Positions 29,590 through 42,991 of a DNA stretch of 64,000 nt are shown here, one piece after another. The position numbers and the translations under genes are program-made. Under the pieces are notes generated by a model. That model saw only the letters and a program-made list of their open reading frames with translations. It was not told where the DNA came from and did no database searches. The DNA comes from Eledone cirrhosa. Its lineage: Eukaryota. The stretch's first letter is position 1; each line of letters opens with the position of its first letter. The DNA is taken from NCBI GenBank assembly GCA_964016885.1, contig OZ024758.1:29822001-29886000 (forward strand), given 5' to 3'.

Positions 29590-32500
29590 TTCTTATCATA
29601 ACAACATGACTGATTGCAGGAGAGATTGTAGAGATGCTTGAACGAATGAAAGTCGATGTGCGTTGTGTACAAGAGACTAGATGGAGAGGTATGTCAGTTA
29701 GATTCCTCGTAGGCAATGCTACACATTTTTCTGGGTGGGAAATGACGATGGGTTGGGTGGAGTTGGGATTTTGGTAGCAGAAAAGTGGGTAAACAACGTT
29801 ATTGCTGTAAATAGAGTAAATGAGAGAATAATTAAACTTAGACTTGTACTATGACAATTATATCTGCCTATGCTCCTCAATCTGGACTTCCAGACATACA
29901 AAAAGACAGGTTCTATGAGTCCCTAATGCTCACTACCTCTCAAATTAATGACAACAACTACATACTCATTGGGGCAGGTGACTTCAACAGACAGGTGGGA
30001 CAACTTTGCGATGGCTTTGATGGGATCCACGGGGGTTATGGGTATGGTCCTAGAAATGAGGAAGGCTTCAGACTACTGGGATTCTGTGATGCCAATAACC
30101 TATTTATCTGTGACATGAACTTCAGAAAACGAGACAGCCACCTAATCACATATAGATCAGGTGACCTCACCAGCCATATTGATTTCATTGTTACTAGAAG
30201 ACGAGACAGAGTGACTGTTAGGAGCACAAAGTCCCTCCCCAGTGAAGAATGCACCTCCCAACATAACTTAGTAGTTAGCGACCTTATAGTCAGGGCTAGA
30301 AGAACTCGACAGCAAAAGCCAACCTGGAGGAGATGAGTATGGAAGTTAAAAGACCCATCAAACAGTGACAAATATAGAAGTATGTAGACCAACGCCTTCA
30401 ACAGCAAGGAAGAGCAAATAGAGACATACGATATAGAGCAGTAGTGGGAGTTCCTGAAAGATAACCTACTGAAGGTGACAGATGAAATCTGTGGTTGGAG
30501 TAGGTCTCTAAGGAGATGGAGAGTGACTTGGTGGTGGAATAGTCAAGTAGAAGAGAAAATTAAGGCCAAAAGACAGGCTTGTGAAGATTGGCGAATTGGG
30601 GGTAGCAGGGAAGTTTACCAGAAGGGTAGGGGAGATGCTAGGCGACAAGTTTACCTCGCTAGAAGGGAAGCAGAACACAAAATATTTACGCATGTTTTGC
30701 TGTGTGAGGTGTTCAGGATTGCTACACAGTGTGTCAAGGAAAATTGTGATGTCGGTGAAGAGAAGTATGTCAAATGATTTTAGAGAACTTGCCCTCACTG
30801 ACGCTGAATAGAAGGTAGCATGGAAGTTCCACTATGAAAGATTACTGAATGAGGAGAATGTATGGGATAAAGACAGTCTGACACATGTTGACCCAACAGA
30901 GGGACCGGCTGTACAAGTTAGCGGTAGTATAGTAAGTAAGGCAATCAAGGATATGAAGTTAAGGCAGGGCAGCTGACCCCTCAGGGATAGTTGCTGAGAT
31001 GCTGAAAACTTCAGGTATGGTGGGCCACACCATAGTCTCCCGCATTGTAAACCAAGTCATATAAAATGGTGTCATATCCAATGACTCGTGTAGCAGGAGC
31101 ATCGTAAACTGCTACAAGGGCAAAGGAGATGCCCTAGATAGAGAAAACTATAGAGACATTATGTTGGTTGACCAGGTTATGAAGGTCACTGAAAAGTCTT
31201 AGCTCAGCTGATTAGAGAACATAGATGAGATGCAGTTTGGATTTGTCCCAGGTAAGAGTACCACAGATGCCTTCTTACTTGTAAGACAACTGCAGGATAA
31301 GTACCTAGCTAAGAGTAAACTCCTCTACCTGGCTCTTAGGAAATTAGGAGTTAACAAATGGCTTGTGAGGGCAATTCAAGCAATGTATTGAAGAACAGCC
31401 AGTAAGGCTTGAATTAACAATGACTAAAGCGAAGAATTTAGTGTGCAGGTTGGTGACCATCAGGGCTCTGTTCTTAGCCCTCTTCTGTTTATTATCGCTC
31501 TGCAGGTAATAAAGGAGGAGTTTAAGACCAGTTGCCATAGTAATTTCTGTATGCCGATGACCTAACCCTTATAGCCGAATCTATAGCTCAATTAGAGATG
31601 AAATTCCAAACCTGGAAACCTGGCCTAGAATATAAAGGTCTTAAAGTCAACCTGGCAAAGACTAAAGTCCTAGTAAATAGAAGGATAACAAGACCCAGAT
31701 CTCCTCTGGGAATTGGCCCTGCTCTGTGTGCAGAAAAGGAGTAGGTAGAAATTCCATTCTATGTACCAAATACAAACAATGGGTACACAAGAGATGTAGT
31801 GGGATCTCAGGCAGACTAACAAAGAATGTAGGTTTTACTTGTGGCAGGTGCACAGGGGCAGTAAGTAGCAAGAACCCTTAGGTTACAACCACCTTCAAAT
31901 GCTCAGAGGGCTCGGTTGAAGTGGTAGATAGTTTCCGTTACCTGGGTGACCAAATCAGTAGTGGGGGAGGGTGTTCTGAAAGCACAGTAACCAGAGTGAG
32001 ATCGGGTTGGAGAAAATTCAGGGAGCTTCTACCGTTACTAACTACAAAAGGTTTTTCCTTCTGAATGAAAAGCAGACTGTATGATGTACGAACAACAATG
32101 TTGCACAGCAGCGAAACCTGGGCACTGTGTGCTGAGGACCTGCGAAGATTGGAAAGAAATGAAGCCTTCATGCTTTGCTGGGTGTGCAATAGCAATATAT
32201 GTGAACAGCAAAGTATAAATACACTGCGTGAGAAATTAGGTTTAAGAGGGATCAGTTGTTGTATGCAGGAGAGGAGATTGTATTGGTATGGACACGGGAT
32301 GTGTATGAAGGATGACAGTTGTATAATAAGATGCAGAATGCTCAAAGTTGATGGTAGCCTTGGTGTGGGCAGGCCTAGGAAGATTTTCAAAGGCAATGAC
32401 ACAGGCCTGCGACCTCTGGCGCTATGCAGTTTTACAGAAGACCCCTCCTCTATTATTCTCAGGCTGAGGTTTATACCTTGTAGGCAACACCTTCCACAAC

Positions 32501-33850
32501 CTTCTCCCTTCTCATTCACCTCCCTTAGCGGTAACCATACCTCCCCGTAGAATGGTTGTGTAGGTGACATGACAAAAGTGGCCAGTCCTCACTGTAGAGT
32601 GGTTGTGTAGGTGACATGACAAAAGTGCCCAGTCCTCACTGTAGAGTGGTTGTGTAGGTGACATGACAAAAGTGCCCAGTCCTCACTGTAGAATGGTTGT
32701 GTAGGTGACATGACAAAAGTGCCCAGTCCACACTGTAGAGTGGTTGTGTAGGTGACATGACAAAAGTGCCCAGTCCACACTGTAGAGTGGTTGTGTAGGT
32801 GACATGACAAAAGTGCCCAGTCCTCACTGTAGAGTGGTTGTGTAGGTGACATGACAAAAGTGGCCAGTCCACACTGTAGAGTGGTTGTGTAGGTGACATG
32901 ACAAAAGTGCCCAGTCCACACTGTAGAGTGGTTGTGTAGGTGACATGACAAAAGTGGCCAGTCCACACTGTAGAGTGGTTGTGTAGGTGACATGACAAAA
33001 GTGCCCAGTCCTCACTGTAGAGTGGTTGTGTAGGTGACATGACAAAAGTGCCCAGTCCACACTGTAGAGTGGTTGTGTAGGTGACATGACAAAAGTGCCC
33101 AGTCCACACTGTAGAGTGGTTGTGTAGGTGACATGACAAAAGTGCCCAGTCCACACTGTAGAGTGGTTGTGTAGGTGACATGACAAAAGTGCCCAGTCCA
33201 CACTGTAGAGTGGTTGTGTAGGTGACATGACAAAAGTGCCCAGTCCTCACTGTAGAGTGGTTGTGTAGGTGACATGACAAAAGTGCCCAGTCCACACTGT
33301 AGAGTGGTTGTGTAGGTGACATGACAAAAGTGCCCAGTCCACACTGTAGAGTGGTTGTGTAGGTGACATGACAAAAGTGCCCAGTCCTCACTGTAGAGTG
33401 GTTGTGTAGGTGACATGACAAAAGTGGCCAGTCCACACTGTAGAGTGGTTGTGTAGGTGACATGACAAAAGTGCCCAGTCCTCACTGTAGAGTGGTTGTG
33501 TAGGTGACATGACAAAAGTGCCCAGTCCACACTGTAGAGTGGTTGTGTAGGTGACATGACAAAAGTGCCCAGTCCTCACTGTAGAGTGGTTGTGTAGGTG
33601 ACATGACAAAAGTGGCCAGTCCTCACTGTAGAGTGGTTGTGTAGGTGACATGACAAAAGTGCCCAGTCCTCACTGTAGAGTTTTCATGTAGGTGACACGA
33701 CAAAAAGCACCCAGCACACATTGTAAATGTGGTTGGCAGTAGGAAGGGCACCCAGCTGTAGAAACCAAGCCAAAATCTGCCCCAGGTGAGTTAAATAAGT
33801 GTCAGTCCGTCCAACACATGAATGATGGACGCTAATCGACGAGGTTGATG
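29590..33850 (+). mobile_element. Near full-length degraded RTE LINE (APE endonuclease plus RT, many stops) with an expanded 3' UTR
   Basis: CVQETRWRG, IISAYAPQ, GDFN, IDFIV (APE); LYADD region near 31550; MLHSSETW; tail ending near 33850. Confidence 0.9.
32546..33680. repeat. 47-bp minisatellite (about 24 units) within the LINE 3' UTR
   Basis: Unit GTAGAGTGGTTGTGTAGGTGACATGACAAAAGTGCCCAGTCC(A/T)CACT. Confidence 0.97.
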
Positions 33851-33961
33851 ATATATTTATGTGTGTATATATATATATGAAGTGTGTATGTATATGTATG
33901 ATGTGTGTATGTATATTACATATATGGTATATGTATATATGTACATCTTTATCATATGTGC

Positions 33962-33999
<38 letters not shown>

Positions 34000-34716
34000 T
34001 ATGCTGGTACCACAAAACATCTAGCCCACACTGTAAAGTGATCGTGTAGGTGTCACAACAAAAAGCACCCAGCACACACTGTCAATGTGGTTGGCGTTAG
34101 GAAGGGCATCCAGTTGTAGGAAACCAGCCAGAAACTCTCCTATCTGAGCGAGACACAGTCACCCAACCTACCTTGCCTCTAAATGGGACAAACCCGTCTG
34201 ACCCATGCTAGCGTGGAAGGTAGATGTTAATTGATGATGATGATGATGGATATATGTTTGTGTAGGTAATATTGATTGATGTTCTGCGCTCTGACCAGTT
34301 CTCTTTACAACTGTTTTGTCATCAAGTGATTGCCACACAATGTGATTAATATTATTGTGTATTGATCAACATTATATATCATCATCATCATCATCATCAC
34401 CGTTTTACGTCCGTTCTTCCACGCTAGCATGGGTTAGACGGGTTGTTCTGTTGTGTGCAGTGTCTGGTTGGCTGACCATGCCTTGCTCATACAGGAACTG
34501 ATTTGGCTTGATTTCTACAGCTGGATGCCCTTCCTAACACCAACCTCATTTACAGTGAGTGCTGGGTGCTTATTCATGGCGCCTACACATCCACTTTACA
34601 GTGTGGGCTGGGTGCTTTTTTGCCGTGGCACCTCCACGACCACCTTGCAGTGGGGGGTGTGGGGGGCATATTGTCTATATATATATATATATAACATTGA
34701 ATTAAAAGTCAAATGA

Positions 34717-35816
34717 CATCATCATCATCATCATCATCGTTTAACGTCCATCTTCCACGCTAGCATGGGTTAGACGGGAATTGTCCCACTTGAGGCAAGG
34801 TTGGTCGGGTGACCGTGTCTTGCTCATATAGGACTGTCTGACAGGTTTTCTACGGCTGGATGCCTTTCCTAACACCAACCACGTTTACAGTGTGGACTGG
34901 GAGGTTTTTACCGTGTTTACCTACATGGCCACATTACAGCGTGGACTGTGTGTTTTTTTGTCATGACACCTACACGACCTCATTTGTTTGGACTGGATGT
35001 TGTAGTACCAACATAACTTTGGTGGGAGTGGAAGGATGGAGTAGGGGTAGTGGGTTGGGGTGTATGTTTGGTTTGGAGGGGCCTACTGACTGTCGGTTAA
35101 CTTTGCACGTAAGGAAGTCAGGTCTTCTGTATTACTGCGTGGCGCCAAAGATCTCGGTCCAGTGACATTGTCTTGGAGAGGTGTAAGTGTGTGAGGTCGG
35201 AATTTATCATGTCGTCCGAGGTTTTTCTGGGTCTACCTACTCTGTAACTTCCATCAATTTTGATTGCCCTGCACTTTTTTTATACAGCTGTCGTCTTTCA
35301 TACGCATCACGTGACCATACCAACATAGTCTTCTCTTGAGTAAACAGGATCTGATCCCTCTTATTCCTAATTTCTCACTTAGTTCATTTATGCTTTGCCG
35401 TTTGTGTATATTACTATTACACATGCAATCTTCGTTCCTCTCCAGTCTGTGTAGATCCTCTACACACAATGCCCAGGTCTCACTGCCATGTAACATTGCT
35501 GTTCATATACAGGTATCATACCATTTGTCTTTCATTTTTAGAGAGAACCCTTTAGCGGCCAATAGTGGTATAAGCTCTCTGAACTTTTTCCATCCCATTC
35601 TGTCTCTGGCTACAGTACTTTCAGAGCACCCTCCACCACTGCTGATTTTGTCACCCAGGTAACGGAAAGTGTCCACTATTTCTATAGAACCATCTGGGCA
35701 ATAGAAGGAGCTAGTATCCTGTGGGCACTTGCTGCTACTTATTGCACCTGAGCACCGGCCACATATAAAATCTTAGATAGCTTGCCTGTGATCCCACTAC
35801 ATCTTTTATGTACCCA
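34717..35816 (-). mobile_element. RTE LINE 3' fragment
   Basis: Close match to 5248-6305, including the same deletion (ERNEDCMCNSN). Confidence 0.9.
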
Positions 35817-36250
35817 TATATATATAGAAAATAAACATATCAAACAATTACAGGGGATAATTTGTAAAGAGTGTAAACACACATAGTTACGGAGGTAACA
35901 TTAACAATTAACAGGAACCTTGTATATATTCCATTGAAGAAATATATTTCACCATTAATCGGTGAATCACAGATGTTGGATCATTGTCAAAGGAGGAGAT
36001 TTAACTCTCTATGATTACATGCTAAAAGCAAACCAGGGAATAACGACGAAAAGCACATGTGGTTTTAAAAAAAATATATCCACTGCCGTCAACCCAGTGG
36101 CGTGAATAGGGTTATCAACAGCTAGAAATAGCAGCCGAGTCCTTTCAACATAAAAAGCTCTACTGATAGAATACTTAGGAACCATATATATATGTATGTA
36201 AAAGGTTAACAGAAATAATAACACAATTGGTACAGTATATCGAATATATA

Positions 36251-36647
36251 TACGAGGGCAATCCCAAAAGTAAGGTCTCCTTCCGATATTGCAACTTTTC
36301 CGTTAAAATCCTGTGGATGGTACTTCGGGAAACCTCAGGAACCAAAATGCAGAGAGCATCCAGAGTGATCCGCCGATCTTTACGCATGTTTTCCTCGGAA
36401 GGAGACCTTACTTTTGGGATTGCCCTCTATATAATAACTGCGCGAAATTTGCACTTGGCGGTAGCGTTCAACGGGAGCTCCATTCTCAATGGCTGCCAAG
36501 CCAAGATTGAGCATCCCAGCGAAGCGCGCGCATGCTTGTTTGGGAGTGAAGGAAACACCAATCACAACAGTGTTGCCAACAGCTGTACGAACAGTTTCTC
36601 TGCGTCCCCATCACTTTGGAGACCTTACTTTTGGGATTACCTTCATA
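36251..36647 (-). mobile_element. Internally deleted mariner element(s) with a transposase HTH remnant
   Basis: TIR TACGAGGGCAATCCCAAAAGTAAGGTCTCC with inverted copies at 36401-36429 and 36618-36647; peptide DRRITL...VSRSTIHRILTEKLQYRK. Confidence 0.8.
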
Positions 36648-38051
36648 TTTGTACTTTTGCCAGCTGCAACCAGTGTATCCATAGCATTATGAACCAATAC
36701 CACCTCTGCACAGTTATCAAATACTTCAGATTAGATGGAGATATTGTCAGCCAGTCACGATTCCAATGGCAGATACCGTGTGTATGAGAACATGGTCCAA
36801 CTTGATCATGCCAATCAATGTTTTCAACTGGTGCCAGAACTACCTCTTTACAAAGTGTACTAAGTGCATTTTCATGCCAACTGCCCTAGAGATGTTGTCA
36901 TGTACTTGGCAGAACTAAAGAGTCTACTGTATATTGTCTCTGTTCAGTTGCCAACCAGACAACTTGAACTGTCTGGATCCTTATACATGCAGTTGATTTT
37001 TTTTTTACCTCACAGTTTTGATACCAAACCTTGCTTTATAATGCCAATATGTAGCTGATTATGATTTTACACTCTCTAAGCAATAAAGTTTTTTAAAAAA
37101 TACAATATAAATAATTGTTTCTATTTTAGGCACAAGGTGATAATGTTACGGTGTCCCCTCACTTATGATTTCATATGGAAGTCTTGTCTCACAGTACTAG
37201 AAATGGCCATTTTACTGATTCTTTGATATTGAGCCAACTTCGCCATCGATTTTGATGGGTTTGACTCAGTTGATCTTGTAAATCCTGCTAAGAAGTGGTG
37301 TGTGCAGTTTCAGTCACTGTGAGGACTGTGAGACTTTCTCTGAACATCCTGACTGTTCTTCAAATTAGTTACAACTCTAAAAAACAGTAGATTTAACATA
37401 CTTTGTGGCTCTAACAATCTCCCCAGCACTTTTGCTGGTGTGGAATAATTCAGCAATTACACTTCTACAGTTTAATTCTCTGTTAGCATTCAATTTGTTC
37501 AATCATCATCATCAACGTTTCACGTCCATTTTTCCATGCTTGCATGGGTCAGACGGATCTTCCGTGTTGAGAGACAAGTCTGGCCAGGATTGGTCACATC
37601 GTACCTTGCTCCGACAGGACTTTAAATTCGGCTGCGGATTTTTACAGCTGGTTGGATGCTCCCCTTTAAATAGACATAACACAAGAAGCAGGCAGTTTCT
37701 AATGATAATACATTTAACTGTTACATCCTATATACTATGATTACTGGATATATGTGCTACCATATAAACTGGGAAATTTGCGTTTTCATAAATTTACATA
37801 AGAGAAACCCTATAGTTATTTTGATTACCGAGACGTATAAAGTAATTAAAAATAACAATGGTATTTTAATAATTTCTTTTTAGGATATAATTCCAGGAAT
37901 GTTCAGTCTGTATAAATGACAAACAAAATGAAATGTAGGAGTAACTTGAGAGAAATGACTATTTATAGGGTTAGAAGCTAGCTCCCTTTGATCGGAAAAC
38001 GAATTTCTTATTCTAAGCAATATGACTGATATAAGAAATGCATTGTGTATG

Positions 38052-38270
38052 TACGAGGGTAGGCTAAAACGTTCTTAAGCTGACTAGGAAGGAGTGATGC
38101 TAGGGCTGTGAAATCTTGCATGCATTAATTTCAACTCTTCTTAATAACTGCATTCTTTCTTCTCTTCTTAATAACTGCATTGTTTCTTACTAGGGACTAT
38201 GTTTAAAAATAAACTTCATTTGGTCATTCCATGAGAGTATCTTGGTCAGCCTATTAACTTTTCAGTCGTA
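38052..38270. mobile_element. Tc1/mariner-type MITE family
   Basis: TA-flanked, with TIR-like GCTGAAAAGTTCATAGGCTGA consensus; further copies at about 47756-47975, 48836-49000, 57090-57245 and 61050-61420. Confidence 0.7.
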
Positions 38271-38293
38271 TGCGTATGTTTCTGTGTATAAAT

Positions 38294-38678
38294 ATCAGAC
38301 CTGTCAACTCTCCCCGTCCGACGGGGGACATCTCTCACCCACTCTGGGGTGGGTGAGAGATGTCTTCTCATGTGAAAAATGGGTATAGCTTTCGGTGAAT
38401 TGGCAGCATCGGTAGAGCGTCAGACACCATGCTTTACAGCATAGAGTTATGACCCTTTATCTTCTGTGTTGAAATCCCGCCGAGGTTAACTTTGCCTTTC
38501 ATCCTTACGGGGTCGATAAAATAAAGTACCAGTAATGCTCTGGGGTAATTGCTGGCCTTGTGCCAAAAGTAGAAACAATTATATAAAACCTCCCCAATTT
38601 TGCCTCATTTCTCCCCATTTTGGGACACTTTTCTTTCATGGTACTCCCCGTTTGTGTTTTTAGAGGTTGGCAGGTGTG
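38294..38678. mobile_element. MITE (TIR CAGACCTGTCAAC / GTTGGCAGGTGTG) carrying a nested SINE at 38394-38577 (+)
   Basis: An uninterrupted copy of the same MITE lies at 60813-61015. Confidence 0.8.
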
Positions 38679-39366
38679 AAATATACAAACGCACGTGGCG
38701 TATTATTATGATTGCTGATAGTAAGGAACACCATTCACACAGCATGACAGCACAACACCACTTGGTGTATGTATTATACTTTATATATGTACATATGTAA
38801 TGTGTAACTTTTGGGTCTCCAAGAGAAATTCTGTAAGGCGGTAGCTACAACACCCCTCTGCGGCTCGAAGCAGGCAATTTTTTTTCTTCACAAAATGGAT
38901 ATTGCATGGTTTCTGTGGGCCCCTCTTAGCTCTTGGACCCTGGAACAAAGTACCGGCTGGAGCCCCTTCTCATAGGCCCTGAATCTATATATAGTATAAT
39001 TTGTACGAGTGTGTTTATATGTTTATATAATCCAGTTTGGTATTATGTACACGTCAACGAATTAAACAACTTGTACTGGTGGGAAATCAAACCGATCGAT
39101 ATAGTAATGTTGATGTAAATATTAAACTTATTTCATCTCTAAACATGAAGTTAATAGTATTTAGATTAAATTAAAAGTATTTAGTCTAAACAACACCAAT
39201 TTATTTCAGGCATGTAGACATTTAATTATGCTTCTGTGTTTATACATACAAACGTACGTACGTATGTATGTATAATTATATATACTGTATATATATATAC
39301 ATACATATATATCACTACTAGAATTGAATAATCAAAACCGTAGCGGTATGTCACATATCAAATTTA

Positions 39367-39429
39367 TATTTTATCTGATGAAAACGTACTTAAACACCAT
39401 AGTACCTTTGAAATATTTATAATAAAATA
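39367..39429 (+). ncRNA. Minimal type-I hammerhead ribozyme (family A)
   Basis: TATTTTAT-CTGATGA-AAA C GTACT..AGTAC C TTT-GAAA-T-ATTT-A-TA|ATAAAATA. Confidence 0.75.
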
Positions 39430-39564
39430 TATATTTTGATTATGAGAATATTTTTCATTTAACATTTTGAATAATATATATATATATATATGTATATGTA
39501 TGTATATATGTATGCATATATATATATATATATATATGCATACATATATGTATGTATATATGTA

Positions 39565-39602
<38 letters not shown>

Positions 39603-39849
39603 TACATATATGTATGTATATATGTATGCATATATATATATATATATGCATACATATATGTATGCATATATATATATATATGCATACATATATACATACA
39701 TATCCATATATATATATATATGTAGAAGTTATATTTAATTTGTTGGGATACAAGCAAATATTTTTATAACTGATATAAAGCACTCACAAATTTTTGGAGT
39801 AAAAATACGATATATTAACAAATGGAAACTATATTTATAAAACCATATT

Positions 39850-39914
39850 TATTTCATTATACATATTTCAAGGACACCAAAGCAAATTATGGTGCGCTTT
39901 CATCAGATAAAATA
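39850..39914 (-). ncRNA. Minimal type-I hammerhead ribozyme (family A) in mini-element 39722-39992
   Basis: Reverse complement: TATTTTAT-CTGATGA-AAG C GCACCA..TGGTGT C CTT-GAAA-T-ATGT-A-TA|ATGAAATA. Confidence 0.75.
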
Positions 39915-40059
39915 TAATATAGATCTGTTTTATAATCAAATATTGACATACCCTGAAAAAATGCAACCCTGTCGGTTTTAGACACCCGGATAGTATACAT
40001 ATTTATACATATATAAATATATATATATATATATAAATGGATATGTATGTATATATGTA

Positions 40060-40116
<57 letters not shown>

Positions 40117-40220
40117 GATATTAATAAATCGAAACTATATTTATAAAACCATATATATATTAATGTGTATATTCTTTGCAACTTTTATTTATTCGACAAA
40201 TTTCAATTCGGTTATATAAT

Positions 40221-40406
40221 TGTTTCTACTTTAGGCACAAGGCCAGCAATTACCCAGTGCATTACTGGTACTTTATTTTATCGACCCCGTAAGGATGAAA
40301 GGCAAAGTCAACCTCGGCGGGATTTGAACTCAGATCGTAAAGGGACGTAACTATGCTGGAAAGCATGGCGTCCGACCCTCTACCGATACTGCCAATCCAC
40401 CGCCCT
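40221..40406 (-). mobile_element. Full-length tRNA-derived SINE
   Basis: Family match; TSD approximately TTCG(G)TTATATAAT. Confidence 0.9.
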
Positions 40407-40419
40407 TTCGTTATATAAT

Positions 40420-41710
40420 GTTTGCAATAACAAAAAGATAAAGAAAGAGGGAAAAAATTAAATAACGAAAGTAAGGAAAAGGTTTAGGAGAAGGGAAGGG
40501 AGAAAGCGATGTTTAAATAAAAGAAGAGAGGGAATAAAACTGTGGAAACTTAAGAAGAAATACCAAACAGTACTAAAAAAAAAACCAAACAAACAAATCC
40601 TCGTTTAAAACAGTAAATAAAATGTAAAGGAAGGGGTGAACAACGGAGCCAACACTAGAGCAAAATACAGCAGCGAGGGGTACTGGGAGACCTCTCTAAT
40701 GATGGTTGAGGCAAGCCAGCACACTGGCAGCGTTGCCTCGGGTGATGTTGAGGCTGAGGTGCTGGAACAACCAAGCACCCTCGCGAGATTCGCCAGTTAC
40801 CTCTATTAGGCGAGCCGCCAGTGAAGATAGGAATCTCGCAGTCAGCGGCCCGACTCCCCCAAACGTCTCGAAAGCCACAGGCTGAAAAATGTAGCTGGCC
40901 GACAGATCAGAGTATTTGAGGGTCTTACTCCGCTCGGATGCGGAAGCTATGGCTCTCGTCCGAACCGCAGCATCCAGGATGTGGGAAAGAGCAAAAGAGT
41001 CACTAACAGTGACGTCCCAGACAAGTCACCTGCTTCTTGACCAGGGGCACAGGGTAAGGCCGTCAGGTCCTTTGCCATCACTTCTGGACAACCCAGATGG
41101 TTCCAAGACTGGGGGGATGTTCGCCCGGGCCAAAGCTCTCTTGAGGATGAGGTTTAGCTCCGTGTGACGTGCGAAGCGGCTAGCATTCAGGCGGCAAGAA
41201 AGACCGTGGAGTCGATCGAGGAGTTTGCCGCATCGGCACCTTAAACCCATGCAGACGTCAGCTCCCACTCTGAGGGCGATGGAGACACGAAGTTCGTCCA
41301 GGCTGAGTAGGCCACCAACGTTGGCCACGGGTAGGGCATCAACCCAGTCGCCTGAGTATTTGGCGCTGGCAGATAGTAAGCGGCATCTTTCAAACTGATC
41401 TGACTGGACGAAGAGGGAGTCGAAGGTGGCCTTCGAACTGATGCTGTCCCAAGTTCTCTGACTTCGACTGTCCTCCACCTTTTCAGGAAGAGACAAGCCC
41501 AACTCACTCCATTGCTGGAGAGCTTCACCCAACTCCATGTTGGAGAGGAGAGAACGCTGCTCACCAGGGTGGAGCAAGCGTGGGTGGAGGAAAGGAAGCA
41601 GGGGGGAGAGAGGGAAGAACAATTACGAAGACCAAGACCCCCAAATCGCTTGGGCAACGTAGCCTGATCGCGGGACTCTGGAGAGAGTCTAGCATTGACC
41701 AGGCATTGAA
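40420..41710 (-). mobile_element. CRE-like non-LTR retrotransposon 3' portion (post-RT region, zinc motif, restriction-like endonuclease)
   Basis: QATLP..GGLGLR, C.CG...HGLSC, RH..LN, EPSGL...GKGPDG...WDVT, AFETFG, RGNAASV. Confidence 0.85.
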
Positions 41711-41843
41711 AATTTGAATTTGAAAACACTCACAGGACCATATGTATTACATGTGTAAAGTTTGAAAACAATCGGTTGGGTGGTTCTCGAGTTTTAGGGA
41801 GTCAGGAAGACAGACATTCTCTGTTTTAGATACATATATAGAT
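41711..41843 (+). mobile_element. Helentron/DINE-like terminal fragment
   Basis: AAGTTTGAAAACAATCGGTTG...GACAGACA...TTTT..ATATAGAT end pattern. Confidence 0.4.
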
Positions 41844-42544
41844 AATTGTTTCTACATTTGGCACAAGGCTAGCTAATACTCAGTACATTACTGGTACTTT
41901 ATTTTATCGACCCCATAAGGATGAAAGGCAAAGTTAGCCTCAAGATAATATGGTTTAAAATCTTCCGGTTATATCCGACGATATGCCAAGTATCTTTGTA
42001 GCGATAACAATTCTGTTCCACCTTTTTGTCGATGACACTCTTTGTCCAAATATACCACAAATTATTCGGCCAGTCTAGTATATTATTTGAATATTGATGG
42101 GAAACTGCAGACACTTTGGAGTGGGACTGCGTGAATTTTATAAACTCTAGTATGTTTTGATAAATCTAAGTGTTGACAGCCAATTTATTAAGCTTTAATT
42201 GATACAATTCTGCTTCAGTCAGTTTCCATTATCTCAGTCTACATGCATATTCATCTGTTGCCATCTATTGTCTGTGGTCACCAAATATTTATTGTTCCAT
42301 GTTTAGCCGTTCTGGGTTCAACTGTAGTCGATGTATAATCATAATATCAGCCACAATGACATCGGTACCATTTTTATTGACAGCATCTATAAAACACCGC
42401 GGATGTTTTAAGCAGGACCAATTTCGGGGGATTGATATCAACTATAGAGCAAATATTTATTAAAATAACAGATTAAAGAGTCGCGCTGCTTTCACTCTTA
42501 ACGGGATCTTGTTTAAATGTATGTATTTATAAATATATATATGT

Positions 42545-42612
<68 letters not shown>

Positions 42613-42768
42613 AAATATACACGGGTGTGTATGATTGTGTATAGATTATATTAATAAAAGGAATTCCAACTTTGTCTGATATAGTCGTTTTGTTTACAAT
42701 CCTTTAAAATTTATAATGGTATTATAATGAAATAGTATGGTATAATATTAAATGTTTAAGTGTTAATA

Positions 42769-42805
42769 GAACAAGTACTTTCATGCTTTCGCAATCTTCA
42801 GGTTC
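42769..42805 (-). ncRNA. Ultra-minimal hammerhead (separate family)
   Basis: Reverse complement: GAAC-CTGAAGA-T TGC gaaa GCA T-GAAA-GTAC-TT|GTTC. Confidence 0.6.
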
Positions 42806-42841
42806 ATATTCTGTGGTGACAGTCAAGTTTGCAATTTTTTG

Positions 42842-42884
<43 letters not shown>

Positions 42885-42924
42885 TTCAAAATATTAACAA
42901 AATAGATATTCTTGTGATCAATTA

Positions 42925-42991
42925 TATTTTATTATACATATTTCAGAGGTACTGAGTTAAGTTCAATAGTACGTCCTCATCAGATAAAATA
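42925..42991 (-). ncRNA. Minimal type-I hammerhead (family A), left arm of a large inverted repeat
   Basis: Inverted copy of 45744-45810. Confidence 0.75.

Noticed and set aside
22991-33680. CRISPR-like regular repeats (31, 40 and 47 bp)
   Set aside because: Head-to-tail tandem units with no unique spacers, no cas genes and a eukaryotic context.
41899-42440. Possible coding remnant on the minus strand
   Set aside because: Short frames with no motif I recognise.
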